This document shows, in pieces, positions 63,107 to 64,000 of a DNA stretch of 64,000 nucleotides. The stretch is from the NCBI GenBank assembly GCA_021782205.1, contig JAJXVH010000006.1:11058-75057 (forward strand), written 5' to 3'. The notes beneath the pieces were generated by a model, which had not been told where the DNA came from, did no database searches, and saw only the letters and a program-made list of their open reading frames with translations. Made by a program: the position numbers and the translations under genes. The first letter of the stretch is position 1, and every line of letters begins with the position of its first letter. The DNA comes from a bacterium. GTDB lineage: Bacteria > Elusimicrobiota > Elusimicrobia > UBA1565 > UBA9628.

Positions 63107-64000
63107 TTACTCCGCCAGACGGCGCAACAGGATGTCCTCGTATTTCTCGGCGGTCTGAGGAGAGCGGCGCCGGATGTCGCGCGTTTCGCCGGGGTCGGCG
63201 CGGCGATCATAGAGCAAGAGCGACAGGCAGCGCTTCTCTGGAGCGGCGGCCGATGACGGGCACTCCTCGCGCAGAAGACAGGCGTAGTGCCTGTCGCGCA
63301 CCGCGTAATTTCCCCGCCAGGCGGCGAACGCCGCGCCGCCCGAATCCATGCGGCCTCCCGCGATGATCGGCATCAGCGACACGCCCTGCATCGAAGCCGG
63401 CGGCGCGGCCCCCACGGCCTGAAGAACGGTCGGCATGACGTCGATGCTCTGCACGACGGCGCTTGAGCGCACGCTCAAGCGCGCGCCCGGAAACGCAAAA
63501 ATCAACGGGACTTTCAGCGCCTCGACATGAACGTTGCCCCCATGACCGTGACGCCAGGTCCCGTGCTCGCCGAACGCCTCGCCATGATCCGAGGTCACCA
63601 CAATCAAGGTGCGCTCCAAGAGGCCGCGACGCCCCAACTGGCGCAGGAGTTCCCCGAGGGCTTCGTCGGCCTCGTAGACGGACGCGTCGTAGAGCGCCCG
63701 CACGTACGCGCGGTCACGCGCCCGGTCCAGATCGAAGCGATCCCAATAGATCTTGTCCAAGACTTTCCAAGAACTGAGATGTTTGGCTCCGCCGCTCCCT
63801 CCCGCGTCCAACAGCGCGGCCAACGCGCTCCAGTTCGGCGGCCGCGAGGCGTCCGCGAATATCTCGGGATGAGCGGCGATGACCGCGGGCGAGAACACTC
63901 TCTGCGGCGAGCGGCTCACGCGCGCGGCCGCCTCGCGTTCAAGAGCTTCGAAGGAAATGCTCTTTTCCGGGTCCAGCGCGGGCAGGAAACGGCGGGCCGC
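63107..64000 (-). CDS. Sulfatase / alkaline-phosphatase-superfamily protein (LtaS/arylsulfatase-like), C-terminal part; 5' end beyond window
   Basis: VVTSDHGEAFGEHGTWRHGH. The frame stays open from the GTG at 63919 to position 64000 (I translated ...AARRFLPALDPEKSISFEALEREAAAR-VSRSPQ...), so the gene is truncated by the window. Confidence 0.75.
   Translation of the reverse strand, partial: AARRFLPALDPEKSISFEALEREAAARVSRSPQRVFSPAVIAAHPEIFADASRPPNWSALAALLDAGGSGGAKHLSSWKVLDKIYWDRFDLDRARDRAYVRALYDASVYEADEALGELLRQLGRRGLLERTLIVVTSDHGEAFGEHGTWRHGHGGNVHVEALKVPLIFAFPGARLSVRSSAVVQSIDVMPTVLQAVGAAPPASMQGVSLMPIIAGGRMDSGGAAFAAWRGNYAVRDRHYACLLREECPSSAAAPEKRCLSLLLYDRRADPGETRDIRRRSPQTAEKYEDILLRRLAE

Noticed and set aside
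1-64000. tRNA, rRNA, CRISPR arrays, integrase genes, att-type direct repeats flanking the low-G+C island
   Set aside because: I scanned the intergenic regions by eye and found none. The island borders (43979-44082 and 49251-49407) share no obvious repeat. A proper tRNAscan, CRISPR or repeat search was not possible.

Overview
This is a 64-kb, visibly high-G+C and almost fully coding segment of a diderm (Gram-negative-type) bacterial chromosome. I saw no rRNA, tRNA or CRISPR. I call about 50 protein genes. Many come from trimming the supplied ORFs to internal starts that overlap the preceding stop codon (ATGA/GTGA). Contents, left to right:
(i) Two complete TetR-controlled RND efflux operons (1-6524 and 6605-13082) and a third, pump-less TetR-OMP-HlyD module (22318-25189). 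Each tetR is preceded by a near-consensus sigma70 promoter carrying palindromic operators.
(ii) An operon GH15 glucoamylase-pgl-gnd-zwf-glk that ends in a dihaem cytochrome c::caspase (C14) fusion (13233-21460).
(iii) glgB-malQ.
(iv) A heptahaem cytochrome c / b-type cytochrome / octahaem cytochrome c module (33102-36911).
(v) ctaA, a CDP-alcohol phosphatidyltransferase, a GT-C-like glycosyltransferase, and an RNase HI with a C-terminal hybrid-binding-like domain.
(vi) A visibly lower-G+C island (about 43980-49400) with a Bro-N protein, a helicase fragment, a coiled-coil 2-TM protein, IS debris and an intact AIPR abortive-infection gene.
(vii) The oleABCD olefin/beta-lactone genes.
(viii) Most notable: a translationally coupled FAAL - carrier protein - DltD-like - MBOAT operon with convergent SGNH and sulfatase-family genes (55517-64000). 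It looks like a Dlt-type trans-membrane acylation machine re-tooled for a fatty acyl group.
All functional calls rest on motif recognition by eye. No database search or computation beyond hand counting was possible.
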